A DNA stretch of 60,990 nt from Candidatus Kaiserbacteria bacterium. GTDB lineage: Bacteria > Patescibacteriota > Minisyncoccia > Phycocordibacterales > UBA2100. The position numbers and the translations under genes are program-made. Below the pieces are notes generated by a model. It was not told where the DNA came from. It made no database searches and saw only the letters and a list, made by a program, of their open reading frames with translations. Within the stretch, counting starts at the first letter, position 1. The number at the start of each line of letters is the position of its first letter. Below are positions 18,325 to 28,404 of the stretch, one piece after another. The stretch spans positions 1 to 60,990 of the forward strand of contig JAIOPS010000036.1 of NCBI GenBank assembly GCA_021413775.1. The letters run 5' to 3'.

Positions 18325-19173
18325 TTAGGAGAATAGAAATGTTTTTATGAACCTTTCATAGCGCCACGTCTGAAGTTTCGGCCATGCCTGCATGCGGACC
18401 GTTGACCATACGGCGCGGCAGAACGCGAAATCACCGTAATACTGAGAAACGGCCGGAAATCCCGCACGCGCGCATACGGCATCGCACATTGCGAGATATT
18501 CGAGCTTCTGTGAAGGCGTGAAGCGGTACTTCGCGACGTACTCGAAGTCTCCCGGGTCCGGAAACCATTCGACTGTCGAGAGCGCGCAAATCGCGTCGAA
18601 TCCGAACGGTGCGGAAAATGAGTCTTCAAAATCGATAACGCCGAGCGGGTACATGTTTGAGGGATTGAAGTCCCCGTGCGTGAGTACGTACGGGAACCCC
18701 GATATCTTCTGGAGCACGCGCTCGAACTTATCCCGGAGAGATGTTATGTACTGCGGCAATTCTTCCCGCAAAATGTCGAGGTGTATGCCCTTTGCGAAAT
18801 TTTCCGGATCAGGAGTCACGAGCGCTTTTGATTGCGCCGTAAGGTAGCGTTCAGAAACACACAGAAAATCACTGAAGTGGGCGTCAGATACGGAGCCGAG
18901 CGTGCTGAAGTCGCTTTCAAACAGGTCACGGAAGCGTTTCTCACCGAGCGATTGCTCTATGAAGTATGACTCTGTGCCAAACGAACCGACAGAGAGTATA
19001 GACGCAACAGGAAAACCGAGCGCTTCCATTTTCTGATGCGTTGTAAGCTCGCGGGATACAGCCGCCGCGTCGCCGATTCGCAAGTAGCTATCCTTTCCGC
19101 GATAGACGCGCTGTCCGCTGCGCTGCTTCGTAACGAGGGTGAAGTCCGTACCCTCGACTGTGAGATTAGGCAT
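18325..19173 (-). CDS. aminoglycoside phosphotransferase/choline kinase-like protein
   Basis: THGDFNPSN Brenner motif and VIDFE; ATG 19173 overlaps the dnaK stop (ATGCCTAA). Confidence 0.8.
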   Translation of the reverse strand: MPNLTVEGTDFTLVTKQRSGQRVYRGKDSYLRIGDAAAVSRELTTHQKMEALGFPVASILSVGSFGTESYFIEQSLGEKRFRDLFESDFSTLGSVSDAHFSDFLCVSERYLTAQSKALVTPDPENFAKGIHLDILREELPQYITSLRDKFERVLQKISGFPYVLTHGDFNPSNMYPLGVIDFEDSFSAPFGFDAICALSTVEWFPDPGDFEYVAKYRFTPSQKLEYLAMCDAVCARAGFPAVSQYYGDFAFCRAVWSTVRMQAWPKLQTWRYERFIKTFLFS

Positions 19174-21025
19174 TCGCCTCCGGCCCGCCTTCCGGCTTCG
19201 GTCCTTCAGACGATTGGCCCTTCGATGCATCCGACATTGCCTGCCCGATAGCGCTCATCGCGCCAGAGAGCGTCTCTGTCGCGGACTTAATCGCGGCCGA
19301 GTCATTGCCTCCGCGAACGGATTTTGCGGCATCAATTTTGTCCTGAACGTTTTTGCGGACATCTTCACTTACCTTCTCACCGTGTTCCTTGAGTGCCTTC
19401 TCTGCGCTGTAGATTGTCTGGTCAGCGTGGTTCTGTGCTTCGACGAGATCCTTTTTCTGCTGGTCTTTTTCGGCATTTGTCTCCGCATCCGTCCGCATTT
19501 TTTCAATCTCCGCATCGGAGAGTCCCGAGGAAGCTTCTATGCGAATGGACTGCTCTTTATTGGTGGTTTTGTCCTTCGCTTTCACCGAGAGAATGCCGTT
19601 GGCATCGATGTCGAAGGTAACCTCCACCTGCGGCATTCCGCGCGGCGCCGGCGGAATACCGTCGAGATTGAATCTGCCGAGCGATTTATTGTCTGCAGCC
19701 ATAGGACGCTCGCCCTGGACGACGTGAATTTCAACTGAGGGCTGGTTGTCCGACGCGGTAGAAAATGTCTGCGAGCGCGACGTCGGTATGGTTGTATTGC
19801 GTTCGATGAGCTTTGTCGCGACACCGCCCATCGTCTCGATACCAAGAGAGAGCGGGATAACGTCGAGCAGAAGAACATCTTTCACGTCGCCCTGCAGAAT
19901 TCCTCCTTGAATTGCAGCACCGACCGCAACAACTTCGTCGGGATTTACGCCCATGTGCGGCTTCTTGCCGAAGAATTGTTCGACAGCCTTTTGCATCGCA
20001 GGCATTCGTGTCTGGCCTCCGACGAGAACAATCTCCTGGATGTCGGCGTTCTTGAACGGAGATGCTTCCATCGCGCGCTTCGTGATTGCCATCGCGCGGT
20101 CGAGAAATTCCGTCGAAAGCTCCTCAAGCTTGCCGCGCGTCAGTTTCAGAAGGAGATGCTTCGGACCGGATGCATCCGATGTTATAAACGGAATGTTAAT
20201 TTCCGTTTCCAAAGCCGTAGAAAGCTCTATCTTCGCCTTCTCCGCGGCCTCATCAAGTCGCTGGCGCGCGAGCGTGTCATTGCGGACGTCTATGCCGGAC
20301 TCTTTGCGGTACTCATCGGCAATCCAGTCCATTATTTTCTGATCGATGTCTTTACCGCCGAGGTGCGCGTCGCCGTCGGTCGAGCGGACCTCAATGACGT
20401 CATCACCGACTTCCAGTACTGATATGTCGAATGTACCGCCACCGAAATCGAAGACGACTATTTTTTCATCTTTCTTCTTGTTGAATCCGTATGCGAGCGC
20501 CGCCGCGGTCGGCTCATTGATGATGCGCTTCACGTCGAGACCGGCGATTTTGCCGGCGTCTTTGGTCGCTTGGCGCTGCGTATCGTTGAAATACGCCGGG
20601 ACCGTAATAACGGCTTCGGTGATTGTCTCGCCCAGGCGCGCTTCCGCGTCGGCCTTGAGCTTCTGAAGAATCATCGCCGAAATTTCTTCCGGGCGGTACC
20701 ACTTGTCCCCCATCTGCACCTCGATGCCGCCGTTGTCGGCTTTGCGCATTTCAAACGGAACGGCTGCCTTGTCCTTTTGGACGGCGGGCTCGTCAAAGTT
20801 GTGCCCGATGAACCGTTTAATCTGGTAAATCGTATTCTTCGGATTAGTAACAGCCTGACGGCGCGCAATTTGGCCGACGAGGCGTTCGCCTGTTTTAGAG
20901 AGTGCGATAACTGAGGGTGTCGTCCGTCCGCCTTCCGCGTTTTCGATGATAATCGGTTCTCCGCCGCTCACGACGGCAACCGCTGAGTTGGTCGTACCCA
21001 AGTCAATACCGAGTATTTTAGCCAT
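19166..21025 (-). CDS. dnaK: chaperone DnaK
   Basis: [32 protein letters not shown]. Confidence 0.98.
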   Translation of the reverse strand: MAKILGIDLGTTNSAVAVVSGGEPIIIENAEGGRTTPSVIALSKTGERLVGQIARRQAVTNPKNTIYQIKRFIGHNFDEPAVQKDKAAVPFEMRKADNGGIEVQMGDKWYRPEEISAMILQKLKADAEARLGETITEAVITVPAYFNDTQRQATKDAGKIAGLDVKRIINEPTAAALAYGFNKKKDEKIVVFDFGGGTFDISVLEVGDDVIEVRSTDGDAHLGGKDIDQKIMDWIADEYRKESGIDVRNDTLARQRLDEAAEKAKIELSTALETEINIPFITSDASGPKHLLLKLTRGKLEELSTEFLDRAMAITKRAMEASPFKNADIQEIVLVGGQTRMPAMQKAVEQFFGKKPHMGVNPDEVVAVGAAIQGGILQGDVKDVLLLDVIPLSLGIETMGGVATKLIERNTTIPTSRSQTFSTASDNQPSVEIHVVQGERPMAADNKSLGRFNLDGIPPAPRGMPQVEVTFDIDANGILSVKAKDKTTNKEQSIRIEASSGLSDAEIEKMRTDAETNAEKDQQKKDLVEAQNHADQTIYSAEKALKEHGEKVSEDVRKNVQDKIDAAKSVRGGNDSAAIKSATETLSGAMSAIGQAMSDASKGQSSEGPKPEGGPEANA

Positions 21026-21032
21026 ATAATAT

Positions 21033-21578
21033 TTATTTTTTTATTATTACCTGTGCAGGTCGTATCACTCTGCTGCTCGATTTATACCCGTACCTGAGGA
21101 TGCGCGCAATAGTATTTGATTCTCCGGCGACATCGTCAAGCTCCTGTACCGCTTCGTGTATGTACGGGTCGAACGCGTCGCCGATTTTTCCGAAGCGTTC
21201 GATACCGTATCGCGCGAGCACGTCGAGCAGCTGGTTCCGTACCTGCTCCATGCCCGCCCTCCAGTTTTCATCCACAGAGAGCCACGATTCCGAGCCTGCT
21301 GCCATATCAAAACTGTCGAGAACCGGCAAAAGGTCCTCCGCCATGCTCTCCTTTCCGCGCAGAAGCGCCCGTTGCATATCAAGCGCAAGCTCCTTTTTTG
21401 CATTTATCGCATCGGCTTTGCAGCGCTGCCACCCGTCCAGGTACTCCTGTCGCTCGCTCTTAATTGTCGCAAGCTCATCTTTGAGCTTCTGCATCTTGGC
21501 CTGTACGGCACCTACAGCACCGACCTCATCTTCCGGCTCAAAATCGATGTGTTCTGTGTCATCCGAGTGTGTATCCAT
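21033..21578 (-). CDS. grpE: nucleotide exchange factor GrpE
   Basis: [19 protein letters not shown]-x5-IRPAQV; directly upstream of dnaK. Confidence 0.93.
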   Translation of the reverse strand: MDTHSDDTEHIDFEPEDEVGAVGAVQAKMQKLKDELATIKSERQEYLDGWQRCKADAINAKKELALDMQRALLRGKESMAEDLLPVLDSFDMAAGSESWLSVDENWRAGMEQVRNQLLDVLARYGIERFGKIGDAFDPYIHEAVQELDDVAGESNTIARILRYGYKSSSRVIRPAQVIIKK

Positions 21579-21632
21579 AGCGAGCAGAGTATACCAAATA
21601 CAGTTAAACCAAAAAGGCCTGCGCATCGTCGC

Positions 21633-21658
21633 AAAGAAAAACGCCCCAATGGGGCGTT
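21633..21658 (-). terminator. intrinsic terminator after rpsI
   Basis: AACGCCCC-aat-GGGGCGTT stem followed by a T-tract on the minus strand. Confidence 0.75.
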
Positions 21659-21662
21659 GTTT

Positions 21663-22055
21663 CTATCGCTTCGACCACTGCGGAGCACGACGCGCCGCTT
21701 TGAGACCGAACTTTTTGCGCTCTTTCGCACGAGGGTCTCGTTTCAAGTAACCTTTCGCTTTCAAATCTTTGCGCTGCTCCGGAACGAGCTCAATCATTGC
21801 GCGCGAGATACCGAGCCGCACAGCCTCTGCCTGAGCCTTGTGGCCGCCGCCACGCACATGCGCGGACACGGAGAATGTTGCACCGAGCTCCTGCATCGGA
21901 GCCAGCGCCGTTTTCACCATGGACGAGAGCGGGAAGTAATCTTCGGCAGGTTTGCCGTTGACCGTCATCGAAGACGTCTTCGCGTCGGTCAATCTGACAC
22001 GCGCTGTCGCGGTCTTCCGGCGTCCTACTGCTTCTGTGTATTCTTTCGTAGCCAT
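21663..22055 (-). CDS. rpsI: 30S ribosomal protein S9
   Basis: GRRKTATARV, RDPRAKERKK, PQWSKR. Confidence 0.97.
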   Translation of the reverse strand: MATKEYTEAVGRRKTATARVRLTDAKTSSMTVNGKPAEDYFPLSSMVKTALAPMQELGATFSVSAHVRGGGHKAQAEAVRLGISRAMIELVPEQRKDLKAKGYLKRDPRAKERKKFGLKAARRAPQWSKR

Positions 22056-22056
22056 A

Positions 22057-22407
22057 TTATTGCGTGATGGTTAGATTCTTCATGCGTGCGACAAGCATGG
22101 TGTTGCGCGGGAGCATCCGCTGGACGGCGACGCGTACCGCCTCTCCGGGCTTACGTGCATTCATCATGGCAAGAGTCTCTTTCTTGAGACCTCCCGGAAA
22201 ACCGGAATACTTCGTGTAGGTCTTTTGTATCTTCTTTTTCTCGCGCGTGTAAATTTTGGATGCATTTGTGACCGTCACCTTAACGTCGCTGAGAACATTC
22301 GGCGTGTAGTCCGCGCTCATCTTTCCCATGAGAGCCTTCGCTGCTTCGGATGCGACGCGTCCGAGCGTTCTGCCGGAAGCATCAATAGTATGTGTAGTTT
22401 TCTTCAT
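22057..22407 (-). CDS. rplM: 50S ribosomal protein L13 (short form)
   Basis: IDASGRTLGRVAS, YSGFPGGLK, AVQRMLP. Confidence 0.95.
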   Translation of the reverse strand: MKKTTHTIDASGRTLGRVASEAAKALMGKMSADYTPNVLSDVKVTVTNASKIYTREKKKIQKTYTKYSGFPGGLKKETLAMMNARKPGEAVRVAVQRMLPRNTMLVARMKNLTITQ

Positions 22408-22409
22408 AG

Positions 22410-22763
22410 TTATTTGACGAATTCAATGCGAGCCTGCTCTCCGACGCGCTTGCCGACACGGCCGAGGCGTACGATGCGCGTATAGCCTCCTGCGCGCTTC
22501 TGGTAACGCGGAGCAAGCGTATCATGGAGCTTCTTTACCGCGACCGCCGAGCCGATTCTGCTGAGCGTCATGCGGCGCGACTGAAGCGTATTGGCCTTGC
22601 TCGCGGTCACGAGACGCTCGATGACAGGACGAAGCTCCTTTGCTTTTGCGACCGTCGTTGTAATACCCTCGTGGAGAACGAGAGAGCGGGCAAGAGACTT
22701 AAGCAACGCGTTGCGCTGATTTTTCCCTCTCCGTAGTGTTCGCTTCGCGTTGTGGTGCCTCAT
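22410..22763 (-). CDS. rplQ: 50S ribosomal protein L17
   Basis: MRHH, ITTTVAKAKELR, RAGGYTRI. Confidence 0.97.
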   Translation of the reverse strand: MRHHNAKRTLRRGKNQRNALLKSLARSLVLHEGITTTVAKAKELRPVIERLVTASKANTLQSRRMTLSRIGSAVAVKKLHDTLAPRYQKRAGGYTRIVRLGRVGKRVGEQARIEFVK

Positions 22764-22767
22764 ACAT

Positions 22768-23745
22768 TTATTGTGAACGGAGCGTCAAACCGAGGTTTGA
22801 AAGTGCGCGCTTAATATCCTGAAGTCCCTTTTGGCCGAGACCTTCAATTGCAAGGAGGTCATCTTCTCGTTTGCGTGCGAGTCCGCCGACTGTGCGGATA
22901 GACGCATTATCAAGCGCGAGTTCGACACGCTGCGGCAGGTGAAGCTCCGTGATGCGGGTCTTGAGTATCTCAGCGTCCATCGGCTGCGACTTATCATCGC
23001 GACCGGATACGGCGGCGTCCGTTGTCATAGACATAGGAGCCTCTTCCTCGACTTCCTCTTTGAAGCCGACGACGGACTTGAGCTGGTGAATCATGGTTTC
23101 GATGGAGCGTTCGAGTGCTTCGCGCGGCTCGATGGTGCCGTCCGTCTCGATGAGAATCCGAAGACGGTTGAAGTCAGTTCTGTCACCGACGCGCATGTTC
23201 TCCACTTCGTAGTTGGCGCGGCGAATCGGACTGAAAATCGCATCGAGTGCAATCGTGCCGATATCAACGCGCTCCTTCTGGTGCTCCTCTTTCGGAATGT
23301 ATCCGAGGCCGCGCTCCGCGCGAAGTTCGAGTTCGAAATTGATTTTACCGGTAACGTCCGCGATGTGCTGTTCGGGATTGAGGATTTCTACCTGACCGGG
23401 CAGCTTGAGATCGGCGGCGGTGACGGTCTGAGGACCCTTCACTGAAAGCGTAATCGTCTGCGGCTCGTCAGAGAGAAGCTTGAAGCGAATCTTGCGGAGG
23501 TTGAGAAGAATCGTAACGACATCCTCCTTTACTCCCTCGATTGTCGAGAACTCATGGGATACGCCCGGGATTTTTACGTGCGTCACGGCCGCGCCGGGGA
23601 GAGACGAGAGAATAATGCGGCGGAGAGAGTTGCCGAGTGTGTAACCGTAGCCCGGATAGAGACCGTCTATCTCATAGGTGCCGCTTCGTTCGCTTTCGGC
23701 GACGACACGCGGCTTCGATGGCAATGCAATGTGATAATCAGACAT
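22768..23745 (-). CDS. rpoA: RNA polymerase alpha subunit
   Basis: GYGYTLGNSLRRIILSS, HEFSTIEGVKED, alpha-CTD. Confidence 0.97.
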   Translation of the reverse strand: MSDYHIALPSKPRVVAESERSGTYEIDGLYPGYGYTLGNSLRRIILSSLPGAAVTHVKIPGVSHEFSTIEGVKEDVVTILLNLRKIRFKLLSDEPQTITLSVKGPQTVTAADLKLPGQVEILNPEQHIADVTGKINFELELRAERGLGYIPKEEHQKERVDIGTIALDAIFSPIRRANYEVENMRVGDRTDFNRLRILIETDGTIEPREALERSIETMIHQLKSVVGFKEEVEEEAPMSMTTDAAVSGRDDKSQPMDAEILKTRITELHLPQRVELALDNASIRTVGGLARKREDDLLAIEGLGQKGLQDIKRALSNLGLTLRSQ

Positions 23746-23857
23746 AGGATGATGGACCTGTTAGGATATCCTGTTACTTATAATGTGAAAACGCCGCTAA
23801 ATAAGACCGCTTGTAAGAAGGAATTGACCGGGAAATAAAACGCCCGCCAGTATACCA

Positions 23858-24463
23858 CTATCTGCTGTAGAACTCAAACACCGTCGGATAATCAAGACCT
23901 GTTTCGACCGGTGTGAATTGCGGATCACCCGTTACCTCGGCGGAAAGGCTCCCCATGTCGACGGAAAGCCACTGCGGAGTAGAGCGGTGATTTTCTTTGT
24001 CGGCGAGAGCCGCGTAGAGCGGGCTCTTCCGGTTGCCTTCGCGGACGGAAACCTTATCCCCTATCTTGAGGTGGTGGGACGGGCTCGTGATGCGGCGTCC
24101 GTTGACCGTTATGTGACCGTGAGAGACCGCCTGGCGTGCCGCACGGCGGGTCGTAGCGATTCCGGCGCGGTATACGGCTGAATCCGCACGAAGCTCAAGC
24201 GCACGGTGAAGTGCCTCTGAGGGATTGGCGGCCTCGAATGCCTTCTCCGCATAGTTGGAAAGCTGCTTTTCTGAAAGACCGTACGTGAAGCGTACCTTCT
24301 GCTTTTCAAGAAGCTGTCGTCCGTAGTCCGAACCGCCGCCGCGGCGCTGCTTCTTCGGCTTGGCGTTCGCTTCGGAGAGAGCGAATTTCTGCGTCTGGGT
24401 CTGCTCGAAGACGGCAGCACCGAGGCGTTTCGCTATTTTGTACTTTGATTTAATGGGAAGCAT
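23858..24463 (-). CDS. rpsD: 30S ribosomal protein S4
   Basis: SDYGRQLLEKQK, ARQAVSHGHI, VFEFYSR. Confidence 0.96.
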   Translation of the reverse strand: MLPIKSKYKIAKRLGAAVFEQTQTQKFALSEANAKPKKQRRGGGSDYGRQLLEKQKVRFTYGLSEKQLSNYAEKAFEAANPSEALHRALELRADSAVYRAGIATTRRAARQAVSHGHITVNGRRITSPSHHLKIGDKVSVREGNRKSPLYAALADKENHRSTPQWLSVDMGSLSAEVTGDPQFTPVETGLDYPTVFEFYSR

Positions 24464-24475
24464 ATAGATATAAGA

Positions 24476-24910
24476 TTAGACTCGGCGGGGTTTCTTGGCG
24501 CGGGGTCCGTTGTGCGGAACCGGTGTGTCATCTGCGATTCTCGAAATGTCGATGCCTTTGCCGGCGAAGCCGCGGAGCGCGGATTCACGTCCTGCACCGA
24601 CGCCACGAATGACGACGTCCACCTCCTTGACACCGATGATGACGGCCTTGTCGCCGACCAGTTCGCCGACTTTTGCAGCAGCAAACGGAGTGCCCTTCTT
24701 CGCTCCGGAAAAACCGAGGCTGCCGGACGTAGACCACGCCACGGCGTTGCCTGACTTATCGGCCAAAAGCACTTTCGTGTTGTTGTACGTCGCGTGAATG
24801 TGGAGCGTACCGGCGACGACGTTCTTCTTGGCGACACGCGCCAAAGAGCGGGATTTGAGTCCCTGGTCGACGCTACCGCCGCTTTTCCGTATGATTCGCT
24901 TTTTTCCCAT
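24476..24910 (-). CDS. rpsK: 30S ribosomal protein S11
   Basis: ATYNNT, KGTPFAA, DTPVPHNG. Confidence 0.97.
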   Translation of the reverse strand: MGKKRIIRKSGGSVDQGLKSRSLARVAKKNVVAGTLHIHATYNNTKVLLADKSGNAVAWSTSGSLGFSGAKKGTPFAAAKVGELVGDKAVIIGVKEVDVVIRGVGAGRESALRGFAGKGIDISRIADDTPVPHNGPRAKKPRRV

Positions 24911-24951
24911 GTAATTTTTTTATAGATATCAGTTTCGACGCACGTTACCGA

Positions 24952-25332
24952 CTATGTCTTCTCAAGCTTACGGCGACCTGATGTCATCGTCTTACGGACG
25001 TTGCCGCGGACGGTGCGTGAGTTTGTCTTTGTGCGCTGACCACGGGCCGGTAGATGTTTCGCGTGGCGCGTTCCCCGGTATGCCTTCACATCCCGCAGAC
25101 GGCGGATGTTGCCGGCAATTTCGCGCTTGAGTTCACCCTCCACCATAAACTTCTCGATTGCTTCGCGCAGCGCCGTTTCTTCCTGCGATGTAAGATCCTT
25201 CGGCTTCTTGCCGGCGTCAATCTTGAGTGATGCGAGAGCGACGAGTGCACGCGGCCGGCCGACACCGAACACGGCCGTCAGACCGATTTCGAGCCTCTTT
25301 TCTTCAGGTATGGTTACACCGGCAATACGCAT
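24952..25332 (-). CDS. rpsM: 30S ribosomal protein S13
   Basis: RIAGV, YRGTRH, RGQRTKTNSRT. Confidence 0.97.
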   Translation of the reverse strand: MRIAGVTIPEEKRLEIGLTAVFGVGRPRALVALASLKIDAGKKPKDLTSQEETALREAIEKFMVEGELKREIAGNIRRLRDVKAYRGTRHAKHLPARGQRTKTNSRTVRGNVRKTMTSGRRKLEKT

Positions 25333-25356
25333 GATAAGTATCTGAATTTGAAATAA

Positions 25357-25470
25357 TTAACCTTGGCGCTGCTTGTGACGGGGATTCGTGCAAATGACCC
25401 ACACGCGACCGCGGCGCTTGAGCGAACGGCAGTGCGTACAAATCTTTTTAACTGATGCTTTTACTTTCAT
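25357..25470 (-). CDS. rpmJ: 50S ribosomal protein L36, zinc-binding type (not in the ORF track)
   Basis: Hand translation [37 protein letters not shown], between infA and rpsM. Confidence 0.96.
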   Translation of the reverse strand: MKVKASVKKICTHCRSLKRRGRVWVICTNPRHKQRQG

Positions 25471-25482
25471 ACAAGTGTACGG

Positions 25483-25689
25483 TTATGACCGTCTGATTAT
25501 CCTCGCCCGGCCACCGTACGAATCAAGCTGAACTTGAACACGATCGCCAACCAACACTTTAATGCGATGCAATCGCATTTTGCCGGCCAGGTACGCGAGA
25601 ACGTTCCTGTCGTCTGACAACTTGACCTTGAAAAGTGTATTCGGAAGCGCCTCGTCGACGATCCCTTCTACAACTTCTGGTTCAGCCAT
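25483..25689 (-). CDS. infA: translation initiation factor IF-1
   Basis: EALPNTLFKV, AGKMRLHRIKVLVGDRV; ATG at 25689. Confidence 0.95.
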   Translation of the reverse strand: MAEPEVVEGIVDEALPNTLFKVKLSDDRNVLAYLAGKMRLHRIKVLVGDRVQVQLDSYGGRARIIRRS

Positions 25690-25734
25690 ATCAGCGCGTC
25701 GTAGAATAGCAGCTCCTTTTGGCTCAGTCAAGCC

Positions 25735-27132
25735 CTACTTAGCGGGATTTACGACCGTGACCTTGATTGAAGCCGCATTTTTCGGAAACACGCTCGACCA
25801 GAACGGTTCGATGCGTGCACGAGCCTCCTGAACCCCCTCAAACCCGGTGACGATGTTCTGGAACGCGCTCTGGTCCTTTCCGGCAAGAGCCTCCGTCAGG
25901 GCCTTGGTATCGACCCGCCAGACGATGAGCGCGTTTCCTATGAGAGTGAATGACATCGGGTCTACGCCGAGCGTCGAGGATGCGGACGTCATGTGAGCGC
26001 CGTATCCTTCACCCGGAATAATGAACATGGATGCGTTATCCGTATTTGAAGAGACGGATTGTGCGACTGCCGCAGCGAAAGCATCCGCCGGGAATACAGG
26101 GATCAGGACGTGTGCCTTTTGATGTATCCGGACCTTGCCGCCGGCCTCCGATGTGGTCGGCTCATCCTGGTACTGCACTTGAACAAGGTCGGTAAACACA
26201 ATCGACGAATCGTTTTCGAGAGCTTTCGCCGCATCGCGGACTTTGCCCTCAAGGCGGGAGCGGATGGCTGCAACTGTCGTATCGGTATCAGCCTGAGACA
26301 CGCCGGGCTTGTCGCCCGAAAATCCTCCCGTGAATGCCGCATTCGATGAGGCGTACACGTGCGCATACATATCAGGCGTTGATTTCAGACCGGGTAAGGT
26401 GAAGCGCGAAATCGGTCCGACGTTGTACTTGTCACCGACCTGGTCGGCCACGACAGTCACTGTAACGCTGCCCGGAGTACTGCCGGATTTCGCCGGCACG
26501 ACAATATCCGCCGGTGCCCTGAAAACGAGTCCGTCCGGAGTTTCAAAACGGGTCGTTTTTATCAGTTTTACGGGAGCGCTCGAGAAATCATTGAATACGG
26601 TTATCGACCCCGATGCTTTTTCCTCGGAGTGCACAGTACCGGTGCTGGTAACGGTGTCGGAATCCTCAAGATCCACTGTCTGGACGGTGTACGGAAGCGT
26701 TCCGCTCGCCGCCGCAACGGACGGGTAGGCCGTGAACTGACTGGTTTGATCGAAGATTACCGCATGCGTTTTCGGCGTCACTGTCACCGTCGTCGCCCGA
26801 AGGGCCATGAGAAGAAGAATTGCGAGTGCCAGCACGGAAACTGCTGCGACAACCCATAGCCATATTCTGTGCGGCGGGGCTTTTCTGACGAAATCGGATT
26901 GCTGGGTCATTTCAGGCATCGGGCGTCGCGGTCTGGACGGGTTGATGTTGACGTTCCGTATGGACCTGTCGGGCGACGGTGGGTCCAGGTCAGGCTCCTC
27001 TTGTGAGATTTCCGGCTCCGGCGGCATGGTCGAGTTCGATGTACTCATCGGCGAGACAGGAACGCGGCGCGGAGGTTCAATATCGTGAGGCTGCTCCGGA
27101 GGAATGATGTCTTGAAAGTAATCTTTTACCAT
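25735..27132 (-). CDS. bitopic membrane protein with a baseplate-J-like extracytoplasmic beta domain
   Basis: Pro-rich disordered N-terminus with DIIPP, one TM, then KASGSITVFN..TRF..GLVFR..V.VVADQVG.YN..F.GG pattern. Confidence 0.6.
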   Translation of the reverse strand: MVKDYFQDIIPPEQPHDIEPPRRVPVSPMSTSNSTMPPEPEISQEEPDLDPPSPDRSIRNVNINPSRPRRPMPEMTQQSDFVRKAPPHRIWLWVVAAVSVLALAILLLMALRATTVTVTPKTHAVIFDQTSQFTAYPSVAAASGTLPYTVQTVDLEDSDTVTSTGTVHSEEKASGSITVFNDFSSAPVKLIKTTRFETPDGLVFRAPADIVVPAKSGSTPGSVTVTVVADQVGDKYNVGPISRFTLPGLKSTPDMYAHVYASSNAAFTGGFSGDKPGVSQADTDTTVAAIRSRLEGKVRDAAKALENDSSIVFTDLVQVQYQDEPTTSEAGGKVRIHQKAHVLIPVFPADAFAAAVAQSVSSNTDNASMFIIPGEGYGAHMTSASSTLGVDPMSFTLIGNALIVWRVDTKALTEALAGKDQSAFQNIVTGFEGVQEARARIEPFWSSVFPKNAASIKVTVVNPAK

Positions 27133-27200
27133 ACGTGAAAATTAAGAAGTATTCCCCATTATACCGAATTAAGGCCCGCCGATTCACGGTGCGCTTGAAA

Positions 27201-28346
27201 TTATGTGGATTGTTCCTCGATAGCCGCGTATGCGCAATCGAGTGCAAGCATCGGATTTACAGGTGTTTCAGCTCGTACCCACGTATCCATGTGTCCTGCA
27301 TCCAACTGCGTCACGTTGAACGGCATCGCTGTGACGGTAAATTGGGTGAAATCTATGCGCGCTAAAAACATACCGAGCCAGGATAGAAGGTCTTGGTGCG
27401 CAATAAGAATGAGATTATTGGGCAATTTACGTTCGTGAGCGCAAGCACTGAAGACCTCGCCGAACACGCGCACCAGTTCCGGCTCGGCAAGCGCGATGGC
27501 TTTTTGAAGCGCAAGACATGCGTCATCCGCACACGCATCGCGCTCAAGCATCCTGAACAAACCCAGCGTCTCCTCCGGCGGGCGGGCGCCGTGCACTCTT
27601 GCAAGAATACTTCGCACACCTTCCTGGACAACATGCTGATCGGTCGGGATGCCGTCACGCAGCACTGTAACGCTCGACGCAAGCACTCCGACATTAACGA
27701 CGACTGCGTTCTGGGAGTCATTGCCCCGCAAGAGGACCGACGCTGTCACTCTCTCGGCCGAACGCCAGTGCATTGCGGTAGAAGGCAGCGACGCCTCCAA
27801 AGCCGTCGTAATATTCGCCTTGAGCGCACGGTCACATGCACTCGCAATGGAAACAACATCCAAAGAGCGGGCATACTTACCCTCCGGCCGGTTTGTCGGA
27901 TATCCGTTCAGTCGGACAGAAAGTACGCCTGCTTCCAGCAACTTCTGTCTGTCCAGTGACTCCGCGGTGAGTGACTGCTGAGCGATGGAAGCAATATGAC
28001 TCGCATGCACGCGGATTTCCCCCGGAAAGTCTCTGCGCCCGGTGAGAATTTTCGAAGAAGTCCACGGTGCGTGCAGAACAACATACACCCGGTCAGGGGC
28101 CGCAGACGATAAAACGAGCGGCAGACTTGCGCGCGTTCTTTTTACGGCTTCCGCAATCTCCTCCGTTACACGACCGACAGCCTGCTCGGGTGTGCGTTCC
28201 TCAAGCGAAAGCGTCGAATATCCGGATGCAAATATCCGCGAGAGGCCCTTTTGCGGCACGTGCATGAATGCGCACCATACGTAGCCGCTGCCAATATCAA
28301 TGACCGCAACGGAGCGCTCCCGATTCAAACTCAAAATTCCCGCCAT
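27201..28346 (-). CDS. FtsA/PilM-like actin-fold protein with degenerate ATPase motifs
   Basis: AVIDIGSG phosphate-1 motif, VRLNGY, VVVNVG degenerate phosphate-2 motif. Confidence 0.6.
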   Translation of the reverse strand: MAGILSLNRERSVAVIDIGSGYVWCAFMHVPQKGLSRIFASGYSTLSLEERTPEQAVGRVTEEIAEAVKRTRASLPLVLSSAAPDRVYVVLHAPWTSSKILTGRRDFPGEIRVHASHIASIAQQSLTAESLDRQKLLEAGVLSVRLNGYPTNRPEGKYARSLDVVSIASACDRALKANITTALEASLPSTAMHWRSAERVTASVLLRGNDSQNAVVVNVGVLASSVTVLRDGIPTDQHVVQEGVRSILARVHGARPPEETLGLFRMLERDACADDACLALQKAIALAEPELVRVFGEVFSACAHERKLPNNLILIAHQDLLSWLGMFLARIDFTQFTVTAMPFNVTQLDAGHMDTWVRAETPVNPMLALDCAYAAIEEQST

Positions 28347-28404
28347 TCGTGTCAGTATAACTCGTTCGCAAGCTCGCGACGTCGAAAAAATCTCACTATG
28401 TGCA

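Noticed and set aside
21579-21662. CIRCE operator or hrcA upstream of grpE-dnaK
   Set aside because: No TTAGCACTC-N9-GAGTGCTAA present; the only dyad is the rpsI terminator
25735-27132. Prophage or tailocin suggested by the baseplate-J-like domain
   Set aside because: The protein is membrane-anchored and flanked by housekeeping genes; no other phage structural genes or integrase
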